DNA from: Oscillospiraceae bacterium
GTDB lineage: Bacteria; Bacillota; Clostridia; Oscillospirales; UBA929
Direction of reading: 5' to 3'
Assembly (NCBI GenBank): GCA_031271525.1
Contig: JAISVO010000037.1
Span: forward strand, 1 to 38,215
DNA length: 38,215 bases
The notes beneath the pieces are model-generated. The model worked only from the letters and a program-made list of their open reading frames with translations, was not told the DNA's origin and made no database searches. The position numbers and the translations under genes were made by a program. Of the stretch, positions 23,295-31,297 are shown one piece after another (the stretch's first letter is position 1; each line of letters begins with the position of its first letter).

Positions 23295-23387
23295 TGAGAG
23301 TGTGGCTTGGGGACACGGCTGGCTCCAAAGATCCATACCGTTCGGGCAACCCCCGCCATGTAAAATATATCCCTCTTGCGATTCTGT

Positions 23388-23416
23388 TTGACAACCATGA
23401 AAAAGGATAGTATGAT
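23388..23416 (+). promoter_or_regulatory. sigma-70 promoter TTGACA (23388-23393) - 17 nt - TATGAT (23411-23416)
   Basis: Read directly from the sequence. Its position inside the long track ORF (23376..) argues that the epimerase gene really starts at 23505. Confidence 0.45.
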
Positions 23417-23504
23417 TGAGAACGCAATCAGCGGCGGGAGTATCAACTATCCCGCTGGCTGGTTTTTCACCGGACAAAACATCTGGATTACCGGAGGTAA
23501 TTAT

Positions 23505-24458
23505 ATGCCCATCGCACACGCGGAGCAAGTCATTGTTGAAGGGTTTACGTTTATCCGGCTCTACTGCGCGGACGGCGAAGGCGAGACCGAGGCGTTGATC
23601 TCGCCGGCAATCGGCGCGAACCTCTGCCGGGTGACCCATAACGGACTGAAGGTGATCGACTTCGACCCGGGTCGGCTTTCGCAGCGGGATCACACCGGGT
23701 GTTTCCTGATGTACCCCTTCCCCGGGCGAATGAAGGATAACCGCTACACAGTCAACGGCCAGACCTACAGCCACCCGTACAACATCTCGCCCAAAGCATA
23801 TATGCATGGGGTAGTACGGGATGCGGTGTTCCGCGTCTCGCTGCTGGAAAGCGGGCGAGGGCAGGCGGTTCTAACGTGTTTCGCTGACTTCGCGCATGGC
23901 TCGCGGTTATATGAGCTATTCCCGTTTGAAAACCGCTTTTCAGTCACCTATACCCTGTCGCCGGGACGAATCCGCCTGACCTTCACGGTTGAAGCCAAGG
24001 AACCGACCCCCTTCGGGCTGGCGGCGCACCCGTACTTCACACGGCTGGGCGGCGACGGGGGCGTCTCCGTCCAAGTTCCGGCGGCTACCCGGGTGTTGCT
24101 CGGCCCCGATAAGCTGGCGACCGGCGAGACGGTGCCGGCGGAGGGACCGTACGACCTGCGGCAGGGACGGACCCTTTCGGGACCGCCGTTGGACGAGGTC
24201 TATACGGGGCGCGAACCCGGGAAAAAAGCGGTCCTCCGCTACGCCGGCATCCCGTTCCGCACGGAACTGGACGCCGGACCGTCGTTTAGCCATTTCGTCG
24301 TATTCACGCCGCCGGGAGAAAGCTATTTCTGCGTCGAGAACCAAACCTGCCCTCCCGACGCCTTCAACCTCCACGCGAGGGGACTCCGTGCCCATCTGCT
24401 TGTCGCGGACGGAGTCTTTACCGATTGGATTGAGTACGCGTTTGTCCCCGAAGGGTAA
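23505..24458 (+). CDS. Aldose 1-epimerase (galactose mutarotase-like) family protein
   Basis: ATG at 23505 with GGAGGT 6 nt upstream. Family hallmarks are GLAAHPYFT and, near the C-terminus, YFCVENQTCPPDAFN. Confidence 0.8.
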   Translation: MPIAHAEQVIVEGFTFIRLYCADGEGETEALISPAIGANLCRVTHNGLKVIDFDPGRLSQRDHTGCFLMYPFPGRMKDNRYTVNGQTYSHPYNISPKAYMHGVVRDAVFRVSLLESGRGQAVLTCFADFAHGSRLYELFPFENRFSVTYTLSPGRIRLTFTVEAKEPTPFGLAAHPYFTRLGGDGGVSVQVPAATRVLLGPDKLATGETVPAEGPYDLRQGRTLSGPPLDEVYTGREPGKKAVLRYAGIPFRTELDAGPSFSHFVVFTPPGESYFCVENQTCPPDAFNLHARGLRAHLLVADGVFTDWIEYAFVPEG

Positions 24459-24465
24459 ACCGCTC

Positions 24466-26190
24466 TTAAGGGAATCTCTTCTCCTCCTCGTTTAGGTCGA
24501 ACCCCAGCGTGCCGCCGGGGTTCATGATGTTGTCCGGGTCGAAGTGGCTTTTTAACGAGCGCAAAAGGCTATATTCATTTCGCCCTATGCTCCCCTCCAG
24601 CCACGGGCCGAACGATTTGCCGATGCCGTGGTGGTGGCTCATCGAAGCGCCGCTCTTTTGGATCGCGTCGAGGATACCCGCGTGGAACGCCTTGAACGCC
24701 TCCGGGTCGCTCTCCATTGTGATGAAAATCCAGTACAGGTTCGCGCCCTGCGGGTAGACATGGCTCATATGGGTCATACAGATGGTGTTTTCGCGGCTTT
24801 TTACATAAGCCCGCACCTCTCTGTGCACCTTGCTCATATTGCTCCAGTTTACGCTGCATTCCATCGTGTCCATAACGATGCCGAAATCCTGCATCGTGTC
24901 CCGCAGGTAAGGGTCGGAGAACCGCCCCTTCTCCCACGCCTTGGTGACAATTCCCGTCAGCCCGAACCCTCCGTATTTCTTGGCGACCTGTCGGACATTT
25001 TTGGCGCAGTTTTTGGAAAAGCCCCGTTCGCCGTTTGTAAATCCTAAAAACAGGCACATCTCGTTCTGACGAAAACCCTTTAGGGTAAACAGGCGCCGTA
25101 GCGGGGAATCAATTACGCCGTACATATGCAGCATAATATCGGTTTCCTCTGGGTCGGACAGGCGGAATACCGACGGGTAACCCGCTTCGCTCTGCATGAT
25201 GTCCCGCGCCGCGGCTTGCGCCGTCTCCCAGTCCCGGAACATGAAGGAAAACCGTTTCACCGTCTCCGGCATATGGCGGAAAACCTTCAGGGTGACGTGA
25301 GTGAGGACCCCGAACGCGCCTTCCGACCCCATCATGATCCAGCCGATGTCGGGACCCGTCGCCTTGCGGGGATAACAATCTGTCTTGATAGGCCCTTTGG
25401 GAGTCGCGTATTCTTGCCCTAAAACGATGTCTTGGATACAGCCGTAATAGGTGGAGTTCTGCCCCGCCCCTCGGGTGACGACCCAACCGCCCACCGACGA
25501 ATGCTCAAAGCTCTGGGGGAAGTGCCCGCAGGTATACGCCCGCTTGGCCCTCAATTCCGTCTTGGCGTTGTTCAGGACTTCCTCCAAACGCGGACCGCTC
25601 ATCCCGGCCTGCACTGTGATTGTCTGGTCAGTCTCGTTGAAGGCGATCACTTTATTGAAGCGGAGCCGCATATCCAGCGACACGCCGCCCTTCACGCACT
25701 CCACCCCCCGAGTTACGGATGACCCGCCCCCATAGACATAGACAGGGATTTTTTCCTTGGTACAATATTCCACAATCTGCTCAATCTGTTCCTTGGTGTC
25801 GGGGTAGAGGACAATATCGGGGACATTCTCTACGATCTTGCCCCGGGACCGCAGGAGGTCATACATCGTCTTGCCGTACGCCACGCTAAACCGGGCGTAG
25901 TCGTCGGTACGGGCAAACCCGTCCCCGACGATCCCGCGTAGCGTTCCCATCTGCGTCTTTGTTAGGGAGACGGGGATGTTGAAGCGAACCTCGCCCAGCC
26001 CCAGATCCTCCCGGTAGTCCCGGAAATCGTCGTCGGTCAAGCCGAACCGCTCCTTCATCAGCGTGTACAACGACTCCCTCGGAGCCTTGATCGTGAGGGG
26101 ATCGCCCCACTTGAAGACCGAACGGTAGGAATTTTGAGGGAACTCCCCGGTAAACCATTTCGGTTCGAACCCTTTATACGGATGCGCCAT
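24466..26190 (-). CDS. FAD-binding (PCMH-type) oxidase, alkyl-DHAP-synthase / YgcU-like
   Basis: I prefer the ATG at the complement of 26188-26190 (MAHPYKGFEPKWF...), with GGAGGA 8 nt upstream. The FAD-binding region is IPVYVYGGGSSVTRG...VGGWVVTRGAGQNSTYYG. The C-terminal SHHHGIGK...FDPDNIMNPG carries a triple-His loop at 24628-24636. Confidence 0.85.
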   Translation of the reverse strand: MAHPYKGFEPKWFTGEFPQNSYRSVFKWGDPLTIKAPRESLYTLMKERFGLTDDDFRDYREDLGLGEVRFNIPVSLTKTQMGTLRGIVGDGFARTDDYARFSVAYGKTMYDLLRSRGKIVENVPDIVLYPDTKEQIEQIVEYCTKEKIPVYVYGGGSSVTRGVECVKGGVSLDMRLRFNKVIAFNETDQTITVQAGMSGPRLEEVLNNAKTELRAKRAYTCGHFPQSFEHSSVGGWVVTRGAGQNSTYYGCIQDIVLGQEYATPKGPIKTDCYPRKATGPDIGWIMMGSEGAFGVLTHVTLKVFRHMPETVKRFSFMFRDWETAQAAARDIMQSEAGYPSVFRLSDPEETDIMLHMYGVIDSPLRRLFTLKGFRQNEMCLFLGFTNGERGFSKNCAKNVRQVAKKYGGFGLTGIVTKAWEKGRFSDPYLRDTMQDFGIVMDTMECSVNWSNMSKVHREVRAYVKSRENTICMTHMSHVYPQGANLYWIFITMESDPEAFKAFHAGILDAIQKSGASMSHHHGIGKSFGPWLEGSIGRNEYSLLRSLKSHFDPDNIMNPGGTLGFDLNEEEKRFP

Positions 26191-27745
26191 GACGGGATTC
26201 CTCCGTTCGGTCGGTAATCTCACTGATCTGCCGGTACAGCGGCGACAGCCTGCCGAAGATCTTGGTGAACACTTCGTCGTAGAGACGCCGATATACTTCG
26301 CGCTCGGCTTCCTTGGGGGTAAAGGTGTCCTTGATATGCACCATCCTCGCGACGGCTTCTTCATAGGAGCCGAATACGCCCTTCGCGATAAAGGCGACCA
26401 TCGAGGAGCCGATTCCGCTGACCTCGTGGGTCTGGATACGGTGCACCGGCAGACCGAACATGTTGGCGGTGATCTGGCAGATTTCGTCGCTCTGGCTGCC
26501 GCCCCCCGCGACAAACAGCTTTCGTATATCCATTTTTGCGCGCTTTTCGATTGTCTGCAGCCCGTCCATCAGCCCGAAGTTGATCCCCTCCACAATCGCT
26601 CGGTAGATGTGGATCCGGGTATGTACGTCGGAGAAACCGATGATCGAGCCTCTCGCGTGGGGCATCACCAAGCCCGGGGTGAAGTAGGGTTGGAAGATCA
26701 GCCCGTCACAGCCGGGGGGCACTTCGGCCAGCCGCTCGTTCAAGAGCTTCTCGGGGGGGATGCCGAGAACTGCGGCCTCCCGCACCTCTTTTTCGGCGAA
26801 CTCCCGCTTAAACCACGAGATCAGCCAATACCCCCGATAGATCTCCATCTCGGGGTTGTACCAGCCCGGCACCACGGCGGGAAAGGGCGGGATGAACAGC
26901 ATCGGCTCGACATAGTCCTTTGTTGTTACCTGAACGGTGGCGACCGTACCGAAACTGAGCGCCGCGCTGTCCGGCCCCAAGCACGAAAGCCCCAGCGTCT
27001 CGCAACCCTTGTCGCTCCCGGTCGCGATCAGCGGAAGCCCCTCCGGCACGCCGGTTTGGGAAGCCGCCGCGGCTGTGATTTTCCCCAGAGTCTCCCCCGG
27101 TTCCACAAGCGGATACTGCATCCCCTCGTCGATTTCAAAGACACCCCGGCGGCGGTCGGTTTTTTTCATCCAGTTCCGGATCTTCGAGTCGAACGGAACA
27201 TGCCCGATGGTGCTCGCCGTGGAGTCGGTCAGGCTGCCGCACAGTTTAAGCGTCAGCCACGCCGAAATGAGGACGAAGAACCGCGTTTTTGCCCAAACCT
27301 CCGGCTCATTTTTCGCGATCCAGTTGCACGCGCTCACCTTCCGCTGGAGGCGCACCGTATCCCCCACCCGGGCGATCTCGAACATCAGGCTGGAAACCGG
27401 CGGAAGAACCCCTAAGTTCTTCGCCTCCCGTTTATCGAGCCACAGGATGACGTTGCGGAGGGGAGCGCCGTTTTCGTCGAGACAAAGACAGGTGTCCCGG
27501 ATGGTGGTGCAGGTAACCGCGATGATATCCTTCCACAGACCGCCCGCTTTCGCCTTCAGCGCGTTCCCCACCTCGCAGACCGCCCGCCAGTAAAACTCGG
27601 GGTCCTGCTCCGCCCACCCCGGGTTCGGCGAAAGGTAGGGTGTCTCATAGCGCTTCTGCGCGAGGGCTGCGACGTTCCCCTCCGGGTCCACCAACATCGC
27701 CCGCGCGCTTTGGGTCCCCATGTCAAAGGTCAGTACCAACGGCAT
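26174..27745 (-). CDS. FGGY-family carbohydrate/polyol kinase
   Basis: Motifs seen are LTFDMGTQSARAMLVD, WAEQDPEFYW and FVAGGGSQSDEICQITANMFGLPV. At 523 aa it is longer than canonical GlpK. The 3' end overlaps the oxidase start by 17 nt. Confidence 0.9.
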   Translation of the reverse strand: MPLVLTFDMGTQSARAMLVDPEGNVAALAQKRYETPYLSPNPGWAEQDPEFYWRAVCEVGNALKAKAGGLWKDIIAVTCTTIRDTCLCLDENGAPLRNVILWLDKREAKNLGVLPPVSSLMFEIARVGDTVRLQRKVSACNWIAKNEPEVWAKTRFFVLISAWLTLKLCGSLTDSTASTIGHVPFDSKIRNWMKKTDRRRGVFEIDEGMQYPLVEPGETLGKITAAAASQTGVPEGLPLIATGSDKGCETLGLSCLGPDSAALSFGTVATVQVTTKDYVEPMLFIPPFPAVVPGWYNPEMEIYRGYWLISWFKREFAEKEVREAAVLGIPPEKLLNERLAEVPPGCDGLIFQPYFTPGLVMPHARGSIIGFSDVHTRIHIYRAIVEGINFGLMDGLQTIEKRAKMDIRKLFVAGGGSQSDEICQITANMFGLPVHRIQTHEVSGIGSSMVAFIAKGVFGSYEEAVARMVHIKDTFTPKEAEREVYRRLYDEVFTKIFGRLSPLYRQISEITDRTEESRHGASV

Positions 27746-27748
27746 GAC

Positions 27749-28111
27749 TTATTCCGCCTCCCTTAAGATGTCACTCGTCGCGATCACGGAAATCCCCGTT
27801 CCGGCGAGGTTGTCAAGGATCACGCCACCGCACCCCGTGCGGGTATCGACCACGATGTCCGCAAGCTCCCGGAGCGCCGCGGGGATCAAACCCTTCGGTA
27901 TCTCCCCCGCGCTCCGCACCGGCAGCGCCGGGGCGTCCGGGAACACCGTCCGGACGGTTGTTTGGAGGGTTCGCATCGGGTTTTGCAGTTCGGCGGCCCC
28001 AAACGCCTCGCCCTTTTGGCAGAGATTTCCTGTCACCGTGACGGCGCCGCCTTCTTGGACCGCCGTGAGACGGCATCCGACGGGGCAGACGATGCAGAGC
28101 ATCTTTGTCAT
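27749..28111 (-). CDS. DUF1667-domain protein (small Cys-rich subunit of GlpA/GlpB-type dehydrogenases in Firmicutes and Thermotogae)
   Basis: 120 aa beginning MTKMLCIVCPVGCRLT...GNLCQKG. ATGA overlap with the upstream gene and a 3-nt gap to the kinase gene. Confidence 0.8.
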   Translation of the reverse strand: MTKMLCIVCPVGCRLTAVQEGGAVTVTGNLCQKGEAFGAAELQNPMRTLQTTVRTVFPDAPALPVRSAGEIPKGLIPAALRELADIVVDTRTGCGGVILDNLAGTGISVIATSDILREAE

Positions 28112-29364
28112 ACGGCATCCTCCATCCGCAAGGTCAATTTGCTTGACGCGGTCAGCGCCAGCTGACCGGCCGGCAGCGAGAAGCGCTCCATTTCGGGCGG
28201 TCGCAGCTGGGAATACCGCTTTTCAAGGATCACTTTGCCGTCCAGCTCCGCCCGAACCGTCGTCCTGCCCTTCTCGGTGGCGCTCCGGAAGAAAAAGACC
28301 GGGTCGTCGGTCAGCCTCGATCCGTCAATCGCTTGCGGCGAGACAATCTGGAAGCGCTCGTCCGGCTGAAGGAATACGAGCGTCCGTTTACCGGGCCGAT
28401 AGGAAGCCGCCCGCGCTCCCGCAAGCGCCGCGCTTTCGGAGACATAGTCCGCCAAATCGCTCACATGGAGCGCGTTGCCGCAGCTGAACACACCGTCCGC
28501 AAGGGTCATGCAGTTGTGGTCGCTCACCGGGCCGCCGCCCGCGCCGAGGGGAACCCCCAGCTTTTCAGCAAGCTCATTCTCCGGGATCAGGCCCACCGAG
28601 AGGAGGAGGCAATCGCACTCAACCACCGTTTCGGTCCCCGGAACCGGGCGCATCGCGGCATCGACCGCGCTGACCTCAACTGCTTCCAGCCGGTTTCGCC
28701 CGAACACCCGAGTGACCGTACTGCTGGTATACAAAGGGATATCGTAGTCGTCGAGGCATTGGGCGACGTTCCGGGTCAGACCGCCGGGCGTGGGCTTCGC
28801 CTCATAGACGCCCAGCACGGAAGCGCCTTCCAGCGTGAGCCGGCGCGCCATGATCAAGCCGATGTCGCCGCTGCCCAGCACCAAGCAACGCTTACCCGGA
28901 AGCTTCCCCAAAATGTTCACATAGTACTGCGCGGTCCCCGCCGTAAGGATGCCCGCCGGGCGGGTGCCGTGGATACCGATTTGCTTCGCCGTGCGTTCCC
29001 GGCATCCCGTCGCGAGCACCACGCTTTTTGCGGTCACCGCGCGAAGCCCGTCCCGGCTCACCAAGGCGGCGGTAAACGCGCCGCCGTCTTGGCCGATACG
29101 GGTGACAAAGCTGCCCGTTGCGACAGTGATGTCGGTGTTCCGCACTAGTGTTTCGTAGCGATAAGCGTATTCGGGGCCGGTGAGGCGTTCCCCGAAGCGG
29201 AGCAAACCGAAGCCGTCGTGGACGCACTGCTTGAGCACCCCGCCGAGCCTCGCCTCCCGCTCGATAAGGATTACCTTGCTCCCGGCTTCGCGGGCGGCCA
29301 GCGCGGCGGCCATCCCCGCCGGTCCCCCCCCGATGACCGCGACGTCATAATGGGACGAAATCAC
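28108..29364 (-). CDS. NAD(P)/FAD-dependent oxidoreductase (pyridine-nucleotide-disulfide family, GlpB-like subunit)
   Basis: I prefer the GTG at the complement of 29362-29364 (VISSHYDVAVIGGGPAGMAAALAAREAG), with GAAGGAGGTG upstream and a GTGA overlap with the upstream stop. A second dinucleotide fold is RCLVLGSGDIGLIMARRL. The track's 497-aa version adds an Arg/Gly-rich extension inside the upstream gene. Confidence 0.85.
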   Translation of the reverse strand: MISSHYDVAVIGGGPAGMAAALAAREAGSKVILIEREARLGGVLKQCVHDGFGLLRFGERLTGPEYAYRYETLVRNTDITVATGSFVTRIGQDGGAFTAALVSRDGLRAVTAKSVVLATGCRERTAKQIGIHGTRPAGILTAGTAQYYVNILGKLPGKRCLVLGSGDIGLIMARRLTLEGASVLGVYEAKPTPGGLTRNVAQCLDDYDIPLYTSSTVTRVFGRNRLEAVEVSAVDAAMRPVPGTETVVECDCLLLSVGLIPENELAEKLGVPLGAGGGPVSDHNCMTLADGVFSCGNALHVSDLADYVSESAALAGARAASYRPGKRTLVFLQPDERFQIVSPQAIDGSRLTDDPVFFFRSATEKGRTTVRAELDGKVILEKRYSQLRPPEMERFSLPAGQLALTASSKLTLRMEDAV

Positions 29365-31091
29365 GGCAGCACCTCCTTCACCCCGCCGACGACGACAGCG
29401 CTCCCTTCGGCGCTCTTCATCACACTCTCCAGCGGAAGACCCGTTTCGGACGCGATGATCCGCGCCACCAGCGGGGAGCAGAACCCTCCCTGACACCGCC
29501 CCATCCCGGGGCGGACCCGGCGTTTTACGCCGTCTGCCGTGGCGCAGGGCACCGGGCGGCGGAGCGCGTCCCTGACCTCTCCGGCGCTCACCTCTTCGCA
29601 CCGGCAGACGATCACGCCGTAGTCCGGGTTCTTCTGAATCAGCCCCTCCCGCTCATGGTCGGGGAGGTGTGCCGTCTTGACGATGGGCTTACGGACCGGG
29701 TTGAACGACTCGTTTGCCGGAACAGCCGCCCCAGATTGTTCGCGGAGGTACGAAGTGACAAGACGTGCGATCTCCTTCGCAATGGCGGGGGCTGCCGTTA
29801 GCCCGGGGGATTGGATCCCCGCCGCGTGGACGATGTTCCGTGTGGAAATCCCTGTCTGTATAATGAAGTCCTCTTCATAAGTGGGAGCGCGCACGCCGGT
29901 GAAATAGGTAATGACCGCCCTCTCGGAGAGAGCCGGTACGGTGCGGCGGTGTTTTGCGAAGACATTCTCGATACTGATCCGGGTTGTTGAAAAATCTTCT
30001 TTTTCGGGTGTCTCCACGGCGTCCGGCCCCACAAGGATATTCCCCTCGGCGGTGCGTACGATGCCCCCGCCTTTTGAGTGGGTCGTCTTGGTCTCGCTCA
30101 TCCCGTAAGAGGCGACGATGGAGTTTGTCAGGCTGTCGCTTACCTTGCTGTCCAGAAGAGCGTTGGTGCCCCTTCGCGGATGGATCGAGAAGAATTGGTC
30201 ATTCGCGTAAGCCGCGACCTCGTCGCTGTACACTCCCGCCGCGTTGACGACAACCTTGGGACGGAGCGTGCCCCGGTTGGTGGCGACACTTTGAATAACG
30301 CCGCCTGAAACCTCCATCCCCTCGACAACCGTGTTCAGGGAAATCTTCGCGCCGTTTTCCGCGGCGTTCTCGGCAAGGGCGATCGTCATGCCGTAGGGGC
30401 AGACGCTCCCGGCGCTGGGGAAGAAGAGCGCCGACGTGAGTTTTGGGTCCAAAGCCGGTTCCGCTTGCCTGAGCGCCTTTTTCCGGAGGACTTTTACGCC
30501 GCGTAGTCCCTGCCAAGCCCAATAGACAAGCGAGCCGTACAGCGCCGGCAGCCACCGCCGGCCCGGAAAGCACAGGTACTGTCCGCAGCGGTTGAATGGA
30601 ACGCCCAGCTCCCGGCATAGATCGTCATACATCCGGTTTCCCAGATGATTGTAGGTATGCTTCAGGCTTCCCCGCCGCAGGTCAATCCCGGGGTGGACCA
30701 TACCGTCGTTGCGCGAGGACGCGTGGAGCGCGACGTCATACTCCTTCTCCGCCAGCAGAATGTCCAGCTTATAGCGGCTCAGCTCCCGCGCGATGGCGCA
30801 ACCGACGACCCCGCCGCCGATGATCAGCACGTCGGGGCGGGTGTTGTCCAGCACGAGATCCCGTACGGCTGGCTCTTGCGGTTTGGGCGCCGGAAGCTCC
30901 TCACACACGATGGCGTTGACCACCGACTTGCGCTTCTTCAAGGCTTTCGCGGCGATCGACCCCGCGCGGACGACGTCCTCCCATACGCGAAGGGATCCCT
31001 CAAGGCGCACATAGTGCCCGTGGTCCCGGAGGGCCACCCGGTCGCCGAACGCGGCTTTGAGCCGCTTTACGCTCTCTTTCACACGGTCCAC
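29361..31091 (-). CDS. FAD-dependent oxidoreductase (glycerol-3-phosphate-dehydrogenase / GlpA-like) with C-terminal BFD-like [2Fe-2S] domain and about 95-aa N-terminal extension
   Basis: GTG start with GGGGAGGA upstream. The dinucleotide fold DVLIIGGGVVGCAIARELS begins near residue 96. HASSRNDGMVHPG is present. The BFD-like Cys cluster is VCRCEEVSAGEV...GMGRCQGGFC. Confidence 0.85.
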   Translation of the reverse strand: MDRVKESVKRLKAAFGDRVALRDHGHYVRLEGSLRVWEDVVRAGSIAAKALKKRKSVVNAIVCEELPAPKPQEPAVRDLVLDNTRPDVLIIGGGVVGCAIARELSRYKLDILLAEKEYDVALHASSRNDGMVHPGIDLRRGSLKHTYNHLGNRMYDDLCRELGVPFNRCGQYLCFPGRRWLPALYGSLVYWAWQGLRGVKVLRKKALRQAEPALDPKLTSALFFPSAGSVCPYGMTIALAENAAENGAKISLNTVVEGMEVSGGVIQSVATNRGTLRPKVVVNAAGVYSDEVAAYANDQFFSIHPRRGTNALLDSKVSDSLTNSIVASYGMSETKTTHSKGGGIVRTAEGNILVGPDAVETPEKEDFSTTRISIENVFAKHRRTVPALSERAVITYFTGVRAPTYEEDFIIQTGISTRNIVHAAGIQSPGLTAAPAIAKEIARLVTSYLREQSGAAVPANESFNPVRKPIVKTAHLPDHEREGLIQKNPDYGVIVCRCEEVSAGEVRDALRRPVPCATADGVKRRVRPGMGRCQGGFCSPLVARIIASETGLPLESVMKSAEGSAVVVGGVKEVLP

Positions 31092-31123
31092 GGCGAATCC
31101 TCCCCGACAGACTCCTTACCAAG

Positions 31124-31152
31124 AGTATACCATAGTCTTTCGGGGGTTTCAA
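31124..31152 (-). promoter_or_regulatory. sigma-70 promoter for the five-gene flavoenzyme/kinase operon: TTGAAA - 17 nt - TGgTATACT (minus strand)
   Basis: The -35 is the complement of 31147-31152 and the -10 is the complement of 31124-31129, with an extended TG. It lies about 30 nt upstream of the GTG start at 31091. Confidence 0.5.
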
Positions 31153-31176
31153 CCTATTCGAGCGTTTAAGCGCGCG

Positions 31177-31222
31177 GCGGAAATGAACGATATACATTTT
31201 GTATTGTACGGCTCATTTCCGC
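31177..31222. promoter_or_regulatory. 46-bp imperfect palindrome between divergent promoters (candidate operator)
   Basis: The outer arms GCGGAAATGA (31177-31186) and TCATTTCCGC (31213-31222) are a perfect 10-bp inverted repeat. The inner pair ATACA-TTT-TGTAT lies at 31192-31204. Confidence 0.5.
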
Positions 31223-31224
31223 TC

Positions 31225-31253
31225 TTGCAAAAATAACGAGCATACTATATACT
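31225..31253 (+). promoter_or_regulatory. sigma-70-like promoter TTGCAA (31225-31230) - 17 nt - TATACT (31248-31253)
   Basis: Read directly from the sequence. It abuts the palindrome and lies about 45 nt upstream of the ATG at 31298. Confidence 0.4.
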
Positions 31254-31297
31254 GGAAGTCATGGTTTTGATCACCGATTGAAGGAGGGGGAGACTGT

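Noticed and set aside
26162-26172. GGTTCGAACCC, resembling a tRNA T-arm
   Set aside because: It sits inside the FAD oxidase coding sequence (..GFEPKW..). No acceptor, D or anticodon stems can be drawn around it. I found no tRNA anywhere in the window.
26191-26514. 108-codon N-terminal extension of the 682-aa track ORF for the FAD oxidase
   Set aside because: The extension overlaps the 3' end of the kinase gene and is Arg/Ser/Pro-rich. The internal ATG (complement of 26188-26190) has a GGAGGA RBS and yields MAHPYKGFEPKWF, a plausible family N-terminus.
26189-27415. 408-aa plus-strand ORF
   Set aside because: It lies entirely antisense to the FGGY kinase gene, which has clear family motifs. 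The product is Arg/Gly/Pro/His-rich with no motifs and no RBS. It is a typical shadow ORF of high-GC DNA.
28333-29148. 271-aa plus-strand ORF
   Set aside because: It is antisense to the GlpB-like oxidoreductase gene. The product is Arg/Ala-rich nonsense with no start context.
29365-29601. 79-codon extension of the 497-aa track ORF for the GlpB-like gene
   Set aside because: The extension lies inside the GlpA-like gene's BFD domain coding region and is Arg/Gly-rich. The GTG at 29364 is preceded by GAAGGAGGTG and places the FAD GxGxxG fold at the N-terminus as expected.
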